Virus record (IMG/VR): IMGVR_UViG_3300036793_000104
Coordinates: 1-62,034 of that record
DNA from: a virus
Lineage: Duplodnaviria > Caudoviricetes
Length of the DNA: 62,034 nucleotides
Direction: 5' to 3' (one strand)
Of the stretch, positions 7,397 to 16,266 are shown one piece after another. The notes under the pieces are model-generated. The model was not told where the DNA came from and did not search any database. It worked only from the letters and a program-made list of their open reading frames with translations. The first letter of the stretch is position 1; the number at the start of each line of letters is the position of its first letter. The translations under genes and the position numbers were made by a program.

Positions 7397-9421
7397 ATGA
7401 GTAGGAGGGCGACGAGGGAAGGGCAGCGGCTGGCCGAGGATGTGGCAGCCAAGGTGTATGCCGCGAGTGAGGCAGCGAGGCGGCGGCCACTGAGCCGGGC
7501 CGAGGCGAAGCAGATCAAGGCGGACCTCGCCCGGGAGCAGGAGGAGCGGCGAGCGACCAGCATGCGGGTGCTGTTGAAGCGGCAGTACGCGCCGTGGCTC
7601 GCCGGGCTCGGCGTGTTCGCGGTCGGCGCGGTCACCTGGCTGCTCAGCTGGCTCGCGATCAGTCCGATGCTGCCGGTCGCGGTTGCGGCGTTGACCGGGC
7701 TGTGTCTCGGCTGGGCGGCGTGGATGATGGGCCACCGGCATCAGCAGTGGCGACGCTCGCTGCACCGCGCCGCGATCATGTCTGCCGGCTGGCTGCTGAT
7801 GGCCGCGATCACAGGACCGTCCTGGTCTGTCGTCCTCGTGTGGGCCGTCCTCGTCGTCCTCTCGTCCTCGTCCTGGTGGAAGGCCAACCGGATCCCGTAC
7901 CCGACCGCGCCGTCCCCGCAGCCCGTCCCCGAGACGAAGCAGGCGTCGATCGAGATGCTGTGGGACGAACACCTCGGCGCGCCCGGCGCCGTCCTTCAAG
8001 GGAGCGTCCTCTCGGGACGGGACGATTCCAAGACGAACTGCGAGTCGTACGTGGTGAACCTTCGTCCTGGGAAGCAGACGATCACCGGGACGATCGCGCA
8101 TCTCGAGCTCATCTCGAGCGGGCTACATACTCCGGTGGAGAATCTCGTCCTCGAGCCGCATGAGGACCGCAGCCCGACCCACGCGAAGCTGACCGTTGTC
8201 CGGAAGTCGCCGATTGAGAAGACGATGGAGTACTCCGGTGCGCGGCTCGTCGGAGACCAGCGGCATGTGATCGAGGTCGGCCCGTACGGCGACGGTGACG
8301 GGTGGGCGCGGTGGCGGATGTGGGAGCCGGGCGAGCAGCCGATGACTGGCTCGTGGCTGTCGGGGTGCGTGATCGCCGGTACCGGGATCGGGAAGTCGCG
8401 GCTGATGGAGCTGCTGGCGGCCGGCTACATGGCGTCGGGTTCGGCGGTCGTGTGGTTCGTGGATCCGCAGGGCGGTGCGTCGAGCCCGGCGCTCCAGGAG
8501 TACGCCGACTGGTATGTGTCGTCCGAGGGGGTCGGTCGGATGCTCGGTGCGTTGGAGGCGATCGCGAAGGCGCGGGAGGCTCAGAACGCGCTGAAGAAGT
8601 GGTCGCGGTTCGACCCGACGCCGGAGCGTCCCGGGATCGTCGTGTTCCTCGACGAGTGCCATGTGACGATCGAGAAGTACGCGAAGCGGCTGGAGGACTT
8701 GGCGCGGAAGACGCAGAAGGTCGGGATCGGGTTCGTCGGCCTGACGCAGGGTGCGTCGCTGGAGTCGCTCGGGAAGGACATCCTGCGGGCGTGTCTGACG
8801 GCGAATCTGATTGTGATGAAGACAGGGTCGAACCAGACGAAGAACCTGCTGCCCGGTCTCACGGTGAACCCGGAGATGCTGCCGAAGATCGCCGGGTTCG
8901 GCTACACGATCGGCGACCCGAAGGACGGCACGCGGACGGCGCCGTTCCGGTCGGAGTATGTGGCGGAGCCGGAGCGATGGTTCCAGCAGTACCGGATGCC
9001 GAGGTTGGACGCGCTGTCGGCGAACGCCGCGGGCGACGTGTACCAACTGCGCAGCGAGGCCGCGGCCGAGGAGCAGGAGAAGAATCGTCGGTGGGTCGAG
9101 CAGCTGGAGTCTGGTGAGGGCGTCCAGCCCACGCTGGACGAGGCCGACGACGACGTGCAGGACGAGCCGGCGCAGGGTGGCGCGTTCCAGGTGGCGGCGT
9201 TCCCGTCCGCTCCCCGCCCGCAGGACAAGCCTCCGGCGCAGCGGATCATCGCGCTGGTCGCGCAGGGTGTGACGCGGACGAAGGAGATCGAGGAGGCGAT
9301 CGGGTTGAAGTCGTCGCAGACTGCGGCTCTGCTGCGGAAGCTGGTGGACGAGGAGCACCTGGAGCAGCCGACGCGTGGCGTGTACGCGATCGCGGGCAGC
9401 GCGTCGGTCCCGGAGCGGTGA
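7397..9421 (+). CDS. traB: TraB-like FtsK/SpoIIIE DNA translocase
   Basis: About four N-terminal TM helices, Walker A AGTGIGKS, FVDPQGG, Walker B VVFLDECH, C-terminal winged helix (RIIALV..G..RTKEIEEAIGL......LLRKLV....LEQP.RGVY). This matches the actinomycete TraB architecture. Confidence 0.85.
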   Translation: MSRRATREGQRLAEDVAAKVYAASEAARRRPLSRAEAKQIKADLAREQEERRATSMRVLLKRQYAPWLAGLGVFAVGAVTWLLSWLAISPMLPVAVAALTGLCLGWAAWMMGHRHQQWRRSLHRAAIMSAGWLLMAAITGPSWSVVLVWAVLVVLSSSSWWKANRIPYPTAPSPQPVPETKQASIEMLWDEHLGAPGAVLQGSVLSGRDDSKTNCESYVVNLRPGKQTITGTIAHLELISSGLHTPVENLVLEPHEDRSPTHAKLTVVRKSPIEKTMEYSGARLVGDQRHVIEVGPYGDGDGWARWRMWEPGEQPMTGSWLSGCVIAGTGIGKSRLMELLAAGYMASGSAVVWFVDPQGGASSPALQEYADWYVSSEGVGRMLGALEAIAKAREAQNALKKWSRFDPTPERPGIVVFLDECHVTIEKYAKRLEDLARKTQKVGIGFVGLTQGASLESLGKDILRACLTANLIVMKTGSNQTKNLLPGLTVNPEMLPKIAGFGYTIGDPKDGTRTAPFRSEYVAEPERWFQQYRMPRLDALSANAAGDVYQLRSEAAAEEQEKNRRWVEQLESGEGVQPTLDEADDDVQDEPAQGGAFQVAAFPSAPRPQDKPPAQRIIALVAQGVTRTKEIEEAIGLKSSQTAALLRKLVDEEHLEQPTRGVYAIAGSASVPER

Positions 9422-9424
9422 GAT

Positions 9425-9469
9425 TTGTCTAGGGCGAGATTGACTTGATTGTCTAGGGCGGGGTAGACT
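9425..9469 (+). promoter_or_regulatory. hicAB promoter with two operator-like inverted repeats
   Basis: TTGACT(9440)-18 bp-TAGACT(9464), 6 bp before ATG; GTCTA-N8-TTGAC (9427-9444) and GTCTA-N8-TAGAC (9451-9468). Confidence 0.7.
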
Positions 9470-9475
9470 ACTCTC

Positions 9476-9688
9476 ATGAAGCGGCGGGAAGTGATCAAGC
9501 GGATCAGCAAGCAGGCCAAGGTCGACGGCGTTGCCTTCGACCTGAAGCGCGAAGGCGCAAACCACAGCGTCTACGACGTCGGTGGCTGCATGATCCCGAT
9601 CCCCCGCCACAACGAGATCGGTGACAGGACAGCCGAAGGCATCTTCAAAGAGTGCGAGCCCGTACTAGGAAAGGACTGGTGGCGATGA
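9476..9688 (+). CDS. hicA: HicA-family toxin
   Basis: 70 aa; REGANH motif and IPIPRHNEI. Confidence 0.85.
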   Translation: MKRREVIKRISKQAKVDGVAFDLKREGANHSVYDVGGCMIPIPRHNEIGDRTAEGIFKECEPVLGKDWWR

Positions 9689-10056
9689 GCACCTACCACG
9701 CGAACGTCGAACGCGACGGCAAGTTCTGGCTCATCCACGTTCCGGAGGTGGACCGAGTCACCCAGGCTCGCCACGTCCGCGAGATCGAACGCATGGCCCG
9801 CGATCTCGTCGCAACAATGGAGGACGTCGAACCTGGCTCGTTCGATCTCGAGGTGTCGATCGACCTGCCGAAGTACGCTCAAGACCACCTGAAGGCATCC
9901 CGCGCCTACCGCCATGAAGCTCTCGAGGCGAACCGCCGGTCGGCCGAGGAAGCTCGGATCGCGGCGCGCAGCCTGGCCGAAGATCTGCCGCTGCGTGACG
10001 TGGCCGAACTGCTCGGCGTCTCACACCAGCGGGTCCACCAGCTCGTCAACTCCTGA
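9685..10056 (+). CDS. hicB: HicB-family antitoxin
   Basis: Y.A.VERDGKFWLIHVPEV...TQAR...E.E.MARDL plus C-terminal HTH LRDVAELLGVSHQRVHQL; ATGA overlap with hicA. Confidence 0.85.
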   Translation: MSTYHANVERDGKFWLIHVPEVDRVTQARHVREIERMARDLVATMEDVEPGSFDLEVSIDLPKYAQDHLKASRAYRHEALEANRRSAEEARIAARSLAEDLPLRDVAELLGVSHQRVHQLVNS

Positions 10057-10066
10057 CCCCAGACGC

Positions 10067-10111
10067 AACAAAGAGCCCCCCACCTCCGGAGAGGTGGGGG
10101 GCGCTCTTGTT
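10067..10111. terminator. Bidirectional intrinsic terminator between the accessory arm and the late operon
   Basis: AAGAGCCCCCCACCTC-CGGA-GAGGTGGGGGGCGCTCTT with A- and T-rich flanks, between convergent genes. Confidence 0.85.
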
Positions 10112-10152
10112 CGCTGGGGTACCGGCCTGCGGCGGCGAGCTCCCAGGAGCTT

Positions 10153-10299
10153 CTACGTGCGGGCGGCCTGGATCTGGATGGCGTACCCGATGACCCACAG
10201 CGCGAGGCCGAGGGCGGGCAGCTTGAGGTCAGAGTCGAACGTGCCGCCGATGAACGCCGCGAGAGCTGCGATCATCAGCGCCAGGAACAGGCCGCGCAT
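10153..10299 (-). CDS. 48-aa two-TM membrane protein (not in the ORF track)
   Basis: MRGLFLALMIAALAAFIGGTFDSDLKLPALGLALWVIGYAIQIQAART, directly after the holin. Confidence 0.55.
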   Translation of the reverse strand: MRGLFLALMIAALAAFIGGTFDSDLKLPALGLALWVIGYAIQIQAART

Positions 10300-10301
10300 G
10301 G

Positions 10302-10598
10302 TCAGGCCGCGCCGGGATCAGCCGGGGTAGGCGCGGCCGGAGCCGGATCGGCCGGCTTGGAGTCGGCTGCGAGCCACGGCGCGTACCGGTGCAGGAAGTC
10401 GTTCACCTGCGGCAACGCCAGCACCCGGGTGACACCGGCGGCGATACCGAGCCCGGTCGCGGCCCAACCGGTAGCGACAGAAGGGTCATGGTGGGTGGCG
10501 GCCTGGTAGACGAGCGGCGACATGGCCGCGGCACCGACGATGACAGCGAACGCGGTACGGGCGGTGGCCCGCCACGGATACTTCGACTGGGTAGACAT
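10302..10598 (-). CDS. Holin
   Basis: TQ.KYPWRAT.RT...AAGVTRVLALP.VN.FL....PWLAA actinophage holin pattern; two TMs; follows the endolysin. Confidence 0.8.
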   Translation of the reverse strand: MSTQSKYPWRATARTAFAVIVGAAAMSPLVYQAATHHDPSVATGWAATGLGIAAGVTRVLALPQVNDFLHRYAPWLAADSKPADPAPAAPTPADPGAA

Positions 10599-10624
10599 AG
10601 TCACCTTTCAGCGGTTGGTGGTGG

Positions 10625-11575
10625 TCACTGGCCCGGGTCCGCCATCGTCGCGGGCTGGTTGTCCAGCGCAGCGGCGACATCGGCGGTCAGGTTGGCCTGG
10701 AGCTTGTCCAGCTCCGCCTGCCGCTCCGTGTCGGTGGTGGAGTCGGTCTGCCGGGTGAAGGCGTTCACGGCGACGGCGTACTTCTGGACGATCTTGCCGA
10801 CCTCGGTGATGACGCGGTTCGAGTGCTGCCGGGTGTTGTCCTGGATCTGGATCGTGCACGCCTTCTGGTAGGCGAGGATGCTCTGTACGTCGGCCATGGT
10901 GAGTTCTCCTGTCGATGTGCCGGGTGTGCTGTTGCTGCCCCGCGTCTTGAGGTCGGCGAGGGTCATGTTCGCGATGTTCGCGTCGCGGTTGCCGCCGCCG
11001 AACGACTGGCTGAACTGCCAGATATCCGGCCCGGATCCCCAGTTGTTCTGCGTCGGGTAGCCGGTGATGGCGTCCGGCCACGCGGTCTTGCCGTCGTAGG
11101 CGGACGGGTACTCCGGGTACCACCAGGCGGCGTAGTGCGACCGCAGGTTCAGGGTCGAGTTGTTGCGGATGTAGCCGCTGCCGCAGTACAGGAACGGTTT
11201 CCGGCCGGTGGCCTTGGTGACGATGTCCGCCCACTTGGCCAACCAATCGCGCACCGTCAGCATCGGCAGGTTCAGCTGGTTCGCCTCCATGTCCATGCAG
11301 GCGATGTCCTCCGGCCCGAAGCCGCCGGCAGCGTTGACGTAGGCCAGGAACGCGTTCGCGTCGTCGGTCGGGTCGTTGTCCGGGTGCGCGAAGTGGTACC
11401 CGACCCGCACGAGACCGGCGGCCTTCAGGTTCCGCCAGTTCGCCAGAAACTCGCTGTCCTTGCCGCCTTCAGCCTCGGTGACCTTCGCGGCACCCCAGGT
11501 GAGCCCGTACTGCTTCTTCAGCGCACCCCAGTCCACCGTCCCCTGGTAGTGGCTGACGTCGATACCTCTCAACAT
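10625..11575 (-). CDS. Endolysin, GH25 muramidase
   Basis: GIDVSHYQG, K.TE, GYHFA, DME, IWQFS, D.N motifs. Confidence 0.93.
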   Translation of the reverse strand: MLRGIDVSHYQGTVDWGALKKQYGLTWGAAKVTEAEGGKDSEFLANWRNLKAAGLVRVGYHFAHPDNDPTDDANAFLAYVNAAGGFGPEDIACMDMEANQLNLPMLTVRDWLAKWADIVTKATGRKPFLYCGSGYIRNNSTLNLRSHYAAWWYPEYPSAYDGKTAWPDAITGYPTQNNWGSGPDIWQFSQSFGGGNRDANIANMTLADLKTRGSNSTPGTSTGELTMADVQSILAYQKACTIQIQDNTRQHSNRVITEVGKIVQKYAVAVNAFTRQTDSTTDTERQAELDKLQANLTADVAAALDNQPATMADPGQ

Positions 11576-11584
11576 GTCCTGACC

Positions 11585-12370
11585 TCATTTCCTGGCTTGC
11601 GGCAGAACCGCCGGCGTGCAGGCGGCGTTCGTGGTTTGGGTGGTGTTGTCGGTGTAGGTCACGACCCAGACGCCGGACTGGTCACAGGCCATCGACTGGA
11701 TCCCGCGGCCGTCCGCACCGTTCGTGCCGTTGGTCCCATCGGTTCCGTTGGTGCCGTCCTTGCCGTCGGCCCCGTTCGTTCCGTCCTTGCCGTCCTGGCC
11801 GGCTGTGCCGAGGCACGGCTTGGAGTCCTGCGCGCAGTACGCCGCCAGGGCCGTCTTCGCGGCGGTGAGCAGGTCGGCATCTGTGACCGGTGGAGCGTCC
11901 TTGCCGTCGTCGCCCTTCGTGCCCGGCTTACCGGTCGTGCCGGCAGGCCCGACACACTTCCCGTTCGCGCAGTACGCGGCCACAGCAGATACCGCGGCGG
12001 CATGTACCTGTGTCGCGGACGGTGAGACGCCGTCCTTCGGTTTCGGCACCAGGTTCGCGGCGACCCGTGCGACCTGGTTGACCTCGGCCGCCGTGATCGT
12101 GACGTGCTGCTTGGACAGTTCCTCGGTGACGATCGTGCGCACGTCGTCGGCGCCGATCCCCTTGATCGTTGGAGGCGCAACGGTCGGCGTACCACCGAGT
12201 GCCTTCACCTGCGCAGCCAGCGCGGCACTGTCGCGCTTGGACTGCTCGAGCTGGTTCCAGAAGAACGCCCCACCAGCTACGACCGCGGCGAGTACAGCGG
12301 AGCACAGCAACGCGAGGATCACCGCGGTCAGGTCATGTCGGCGCCGTTGTGACGGTGACTCAGACATCAA
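11585..12370 (-). CDS. Membrane-anchored collagen-like protein of the lysis region
   Basis: N-terminal TM, AL..QV..LGGTP, G-X-Y repeats, paired Cys. Confidence 0.8.
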   Translation of the reverse strand: MMSESPSQRRRHDLTAVILALLCSAVLAAVVAGGAFFWNQLEQSKRDSAALAAQVKALGGTPTVAPPTIKGIGADDVRTIVTEELSKQHVTITAAEVNQVARVAANLVPKPKDGVSPSATQVHAAAVSAVAAYCANGKCVGPAGTTGKPGTKGDDGKDAPPVTDADLLTAAKTALAAYCAQDSKPCLGTAGQDGKDGTNGADGKDGTNGTDGTNGTNGADGRGIQSMACDQSGVWVVTYTDNTTQTTNAACTPAVLPQARK

Positions 12371-12697
12371 TCAGCCCTTCAGGAACGCGGCAAGGACGAT
12401 CGCCACGAGGATCGGGAACACGAGCGCCGTCAGCACCGCGAACAGTGCCTGGCGTCGGTTGGTCGCAGCACGGTTGTCCGCCTCGTGCTTCTCCTGCGCG
12501 CGCTTGTCACGCTCGGCCTTGAGGTCCGAGGCGAGATCCGTGATGTCCTTCTCGTTCTCGCGGATCCTGAGTTCCATCAATTCCCGCTCGGCCTTCCACA
12601 CCTCGACGGTGAGGACCTCGCGCCGGAACTGGGCGAAGTCCTTTCGGAACTCGCCGATGAGGCGGGCGACCTCGCCGATGGTTGGTTCGTCAGCCAC
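12371..12697 (-). CDS. Coiled-coil protein with C-terminal TM (lysis-associated)
   Basis: EPTIGEVAR N-terminus, charged helix, hydrophobic tail. Confidence 0.75.
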   Translation of the reverse strand: MADEPTIGEVARLIGEFRKDFAQFRREVLTVEVWKAERELMELRIRENEKDITDLASDLKAERDKRAQEKHEADNRAATNRRQALFAVLTALVFPILVAIVLAAFLKG

Positions 12698-12698
12698 G

Positions 12699-13229
12699 TC
12701 AGCCCCCAGCGACGCTGTAGGGGCGGACCCGGAGATTTCCGGACCCGCCAGTACGTTCCCCCTGGATCTCGATCAGTACGTAGTCGTCCCAGCCGCCCGG
12801 CAATGCGAGCGACCACGCCGCCGCGTACGAGTCGCCGTCGGCGATCGCGGTGGGGGCATGGAGTTCCGTCGAGGTGCCTGAGATCACGGCCCTGACCGAG
12901 CCGGTGGTGCCGGCGTCGCAGGTGGCCTGGAACCGGACTTCCCAGGTCGCGTTCTGTCGGCGGCCGGCCAGCGTGAACGCCTCGACCCAGGACGCAGACG
13001 TGACCGTGGTGGCGGCGCCGGGGCTGGTCGGTGTGGCCGAGAGCCGCGGTTTCAGGATCCCCGATCCGGCGTCGATGTCGGCGCCGAAGATCAGGTTCCC
13101 GAGCGGGTCATGGAGCTGCGTGCTCGGGTCACCGCCCGACGTCGCGAGCAGGGCGCGGAGCCGAGCCATGTCCGACTCGAGCGCCTTCAACCGTTGAGCG
13201 ATGGTGCGGTTGTCGAGGGGTACCCCCAT
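12699..13229 (-). CDS. Minor tail protein
   Basis: MGVPLDN...IAQRLKALE coiled-coil then beta-rich domain; TGATG coupling. Confidence 0.75.
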   Translation of the reverse strand: MGVPLDNRTIAQRLKALESDMARLRALLATSGGDPSTQLHDPLGNLIFGADIDAGSGILKPRLSATPTSPGAATTVTSASWVEAFTLAGRRQNATWEVRFQATCDAGTTGSVRAVISGTSTELHAPTAIADGDSYAAAWSLALPGGWDDYVLIEIQGERTGGSGNLRVRPYSVAGG

Positions 13230-14374
13230 CAGGCTGCCTCCAGGTACGGGTTCCACAGCACCGGCGTGTAGGTGTCGTTCGGGATGTCCAGGGAGATGCC
13301 GATGACGCGGATCGTTTCCTGGTGGCCGTCCGGGTGCCTGGGTGATGGCGGGTCTTCGCCTGGTTTTGGGGCGGACACGAACCAGGTGGCGTTGTCGCCG
13401 AGCTCGAGGTCGCGCCGGTACTGCGGCCCGTAGGTGAGGGACACCTTGACCGAGTTGGTGATCTGTCCGCGGGCCCGCCATTTCAGGGCGGCTTGGGCGG
13501 CGCCGGTCAGTCCGGCGATGTTGAGGTCGCCGGACGGGGTGACGAGTTGTTCCCACCGTGGCCAGCCCTGTTGGGTGATCGCGGTGTTGTCGCGGGCTGC
13601 GGGTGCGGCGCCGCCGGCGGAGTTGAGGGCGATGACGTAGTTGGCGCCGTGGCCTTCGCTGAAGTCGTCGTCGACCTCGTATGAGTTGATGCAGCCGGGG
13701 AAGTCGAACCGGGCGTTCGGGGTGCCGGACCAGCCGAGTTGGGTGCGGGCCACGAATACGAGGTCCACCGAGGTGCGGGAGGCGTCGGTCCACTGGGCCT
13801 TGATGGTCCACTCGGGGCCGCCGTCCATGGCCGCCAGGTCTTGCAGCGCCTGCAGCACGGTCTTGTTTTCGGTGGCGAGGAACCGGACCGCGCGCAACGT
13901 GGGGCAGTCGACGTCGAGGATGAAGTCGAGCCCTTCGGCGGCGGCGTCGCCGAGCAGGTCGGTGATGATCTTCCCGTCGGTCTCCCCGGGCCCGGCGCTG
14001 TAGGTGTGGGTGCCGACGTGGCGCCGGTTCAGGTACGACGCGATGGTGGAGCAGTTCAGTTGGGCGTCTGTGGCCGAGCCGGCCTGACGGAGGACGATGA
14101 TGCCGGCCCACAGGATGTCGCTGGTGGAGTCGCCTTTGTACTCGCGTTCGACGATGACCATGGTGCGGCCCGGGGTGGTGACGCCGATGAAGTCGCCGCA
14201 CATCTTGAGTGCGTCGTACTGGTCGCAGGCGAACTGTGCGGTCGACACGTCCCCGATCCGTTCCGGCAGTTCCCCGGACGGGCGCAGCGGCAACTGGGCG
14301 ATCTTGTTGCCGGTGCGCAGGTCGCAAACCCAGTACCGGTAGACCGCGGTCGGCAGCGGCGGTTCCGTTGTCAC
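13229..14374 (-). CDS. Minor tail / baseplate hub protein
   Basis: GTG14374; YRYWVCDLRTG..IAQLP, LWAGII, GGPEW motifs typical of actinophage tail hub proteins. Confidence 0.8.
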   Translation of the reverse strand: MTTEPPLPTAVYRYWVCDLRTGNKIAQLPLRPSGELPERIGDVSTAQFACDQYDALKMCGDFIGVTTPGRTMVIVEREYKGDSTSDILWAGIIVLRQAGSATDAQLNCSTIASYLNRRHVGTHTYSAGPGETDGKIITDLLGDAAAEGLDFILDVDCPTLRAVRFLATENKTVLQALQDLAAMDGGPEWTIKAQWTDASRTSVDLVFVARTQLGWSGTPNARFDFPGCINSYEVDDDFSEGHGANYVIALNSAGGAAPAARDNTAITQQGWPRWEQLVTPSGDLNIAGLTGAAQAALKWRARGQITNSVKVSLTYGPQYRRDLELGDNATWFVSAPKPGEDPPSPRHPDGHQETIRVIGISLDIPNDTYTPVLWNPYLEAA

Positions 14375-15402
14375 GGTGTCTCGTTGGCGGGCCGGAACCG
14401 CAGGGTGATCGCGAGCGTGTCGCCGGTGTCCGGGACCGGCCCGGCGGGACCGAGCCGCACCCCTGCTTCGGAGACGGCCGCGAACGAGGCGGGCTGGCCG
14501 AGGGTGACGGCGTTGCGGGTCAGGCATGCCCCGGCGGACACGTCGTTGAAGGCGGTCCGGCCGACCGATCCGATCGCCCAGTCTGAGGCTGCGGCGACGG
14601 GCATGGTCCAGGCCCAGAGTCCGGCGCCGACGACGAACGCGGTGCCGTACGTGTACTTCCAGAACGCGTCGACCATGCCGCCGCTGATGCGGTAGGCGCC
14701 TGCCTCGACGCCGTTGCCGCGCTGCGGGTCCTGGGTGGTGCCCGTCCATGACGGGACCCAGTTCGTCCAGACCGACGACATGATGTTGCGCCACGCGGAC
14801 GAGTGGAACACTTCGAGGACCCCGGTGGACCGGTTGTAGATCACGGCGCCGGGGCGCGGGTTGGACGGCCGGGCGGCGATGTCGAGGATGCCGCCGGCCG
14901 CTGCGTAGCCGACCAGGTTCGCGTTCGCTGTGAACGCGGGTGAGGCGCCGCCTGCCGCGGGCACGTTGAAGGTGCCGAGCCGGATCCCGACACCGGTGAA
15001 CGCCGGGGCCGAGCCGGAGCCGGGGGTGCCGGTGGTGAGGACGATGTCGGCGCCTCGGAGTCCGGAGCCGTCGGCTTCGTGGTCGTAGATCTTGACGTCG
15101 AGTGCGTCGATCCGGCTGAGGGTGGCGTGCGCGGCCGCGAGGGTCTTCGACAGTTCGCTCGAGCCGCCGGGGAACGCTGCCCGGTAGACGCCCAGCGACG
15201 CCAGCGTCTGCACGACGACGGTCAGCGGGGCGATGGTCACGGAGCTGCCGGTGTTCGTTACGGCGCCGCCGCGGACTCCGCCCATGACGACGTCGGTGGT
15301 GTCGCGCAGGAACAGGCTGGTGTCGGTCAGCCGCCACTCGGTCGCGGTCAGCTCGGGGCCGCTAGACCCGGCGTCGTAAGTGATGCCGATGAGGTCACGC
15401 AT
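14371..15402 (-). CDS. Minor tail protein
   Basis: AAHATLSRID...GTPGSG.AP motif; position after Dit. Confidence 0.8.
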   Translation of the reverse strand: MRDLIGITYDAGSSGPELTATEWRLTDTSLFLRDTTDVVMGGVRGGAVTNTGSSVTIAPLTVVVQTLASLGVYRAAFPGGSSELSKTLAAAHATLSRIDALDVKIYDHEADGSGLRGADIVLTTGTPGSGSAPAFTGVGIRLGTFNVPAAGGASPAFTANANLVGYAAAGGILDIAARPSNPRPGAVIYNRSTGVLEVFHSSAWRNIMSSVWTNWVPSWTGTTQDPQRGNGVEAGAYRISGGMVDAFWKYTYGTAFVVGAGLWAWTMPVAAASDWAIGSVGRTAFNDVSAGACLTRNAVTLGQPASFAAVSEAGVRLGPAGPVPDTGDTLAITLRFRPANETP

Positions 15403-15415
15403 CAGTCTGTTCTCC

Positions 15416-16264
15416 CTACTGGTACGTGTCGGAAAAGGCGAGGTCTGCGGTGCCGGAGCCGCCGGCTGAGCGGAACGCGATGTTGTTGCCTCCGGGCTCG
15501 ATCTCCAACGTGCCGCCGCCTCCGGTCGAGACCTTCCCGGTGCGCAGCGCGGTGCCTTGCAGCAGCGCGACGAGCGGGTAGCGGAGGTACAGGACGACGA
15601 ACTCGCCTGCCGCGAGGGCGTCGTTGTAGGTGACCCACTGGCCGGTGTCGACGTTCCGGATCGTCGGCGACTGCAACGGCCCGGTGAACGTCACGGTGAT
15701 CGGCGCCGGCATGTTGCCTTCGTTCGGCGCGTAGACGTCGCCCGACAGGGTGGTGCCGGTGAACCGGAGCGGGAACCGGACCGGGAACTGGACGCCACCG
15801 GTCGTGGCGGGCAGGCCGAGTGTGATGGTGCGGTCGGTGCCGTAGCGGCGCGGGTCCGGGCATTTCAGTTCGGCTTGCCATGTCGACTGGGTGTCGGTGT
15901 CGTCGGCGACGGCCATGTCTCCGGAGCGTTGCGCCTGCACCTTGAGCGGGATCGCGTCGACGACGGTCAGGTCGAACAGGGCGAGGCCGAGTGCCGCGGT
16001 GAGGCGATGCTCGGCGTGCTGCCGCAGTTCCCGTGTCGGCGCCTGGATCCGGCCGGTGAGTTGCAGTGTGCGTGCGTTCAGTTTCGGGTTCGGTGCGGGC
16101 GATTCGCCGTGGTCTCCTTCGCGGGACTGGCCTGCTGTCTTCGACCCGGGCGACCCCCAGCCGTCGAGGGTGGCGCACGTCATGAGTACCCCGTCTGTGT
16201 CGGGGTCGCCGTTGAGGGTGATGCCGTTCGGCAGGTGGAGTTCGGTCTCATCTGGGAACGGCAT
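15416..16264 (-). CDS. Distal tail protein (Dit)
   Basis: Directly after the TMP; LDGWGSP, CPDPRRY, FP..FP..F, N.GN..AP motifs. Confidence 0.85.
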   Translation of the reverse strand: MPFPDETELHLPNGITLNGDPDTDGVLMTCATLDGWGSPGSKTAGQSREGDHGESPAPNPKLNARTLQLTGRIQAPTRELRQHAEHRLTAALGLALFDLTVVDAIPLKVQAQRSGDMAVADDTDTQSTWQAELKCPDPRRYGTDRTITLGLPATTGGVQFPVRFPLRFTGTTLSGDVYAPNEGNMPAPITVTFTGPLQSPTIRNVDTGQWVTYNDALAAGEFVVLYLRYPLVALLQGTALRTGKVSTGGGGTLEIEPGGNNIAFRSAGGSGTADLAFSDTYQ

Positions 16265-16266
16265 CG

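Noticed and set aside
7397-9421. Type VII secretion EccC or a packaging ATPase as the identity of the FtsK protein
   Set aside because: It has a single ATPase domain with a C-terminal wHTH, spd/kor neighbours and no other ecc genes, and a separate TerL exists.
6322-9610. Long antisense and off-frame ORFs (e.g. 6322..7635, 8123..9610; also 16463..18565, 26571..28940, 30170..31999, 34561..36645)
   Set aside because: They are shadows of high-GC coding genes: Arg/Pro/Gly-rich, no motifs, fully overlapping well-supported genes.
2753-10152. Autonomous AICE or plasmid inserted into the phage
   Set aside because: No Rep or int/xis pair within the module and no flanking direct repeats were found. 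Disfavoured but not excluded without comparative data.
11700-11950. Tandem DNA repeats
   Set aside because: Explained by collagen G-X-Y coding; the same applies near 36860-36935.
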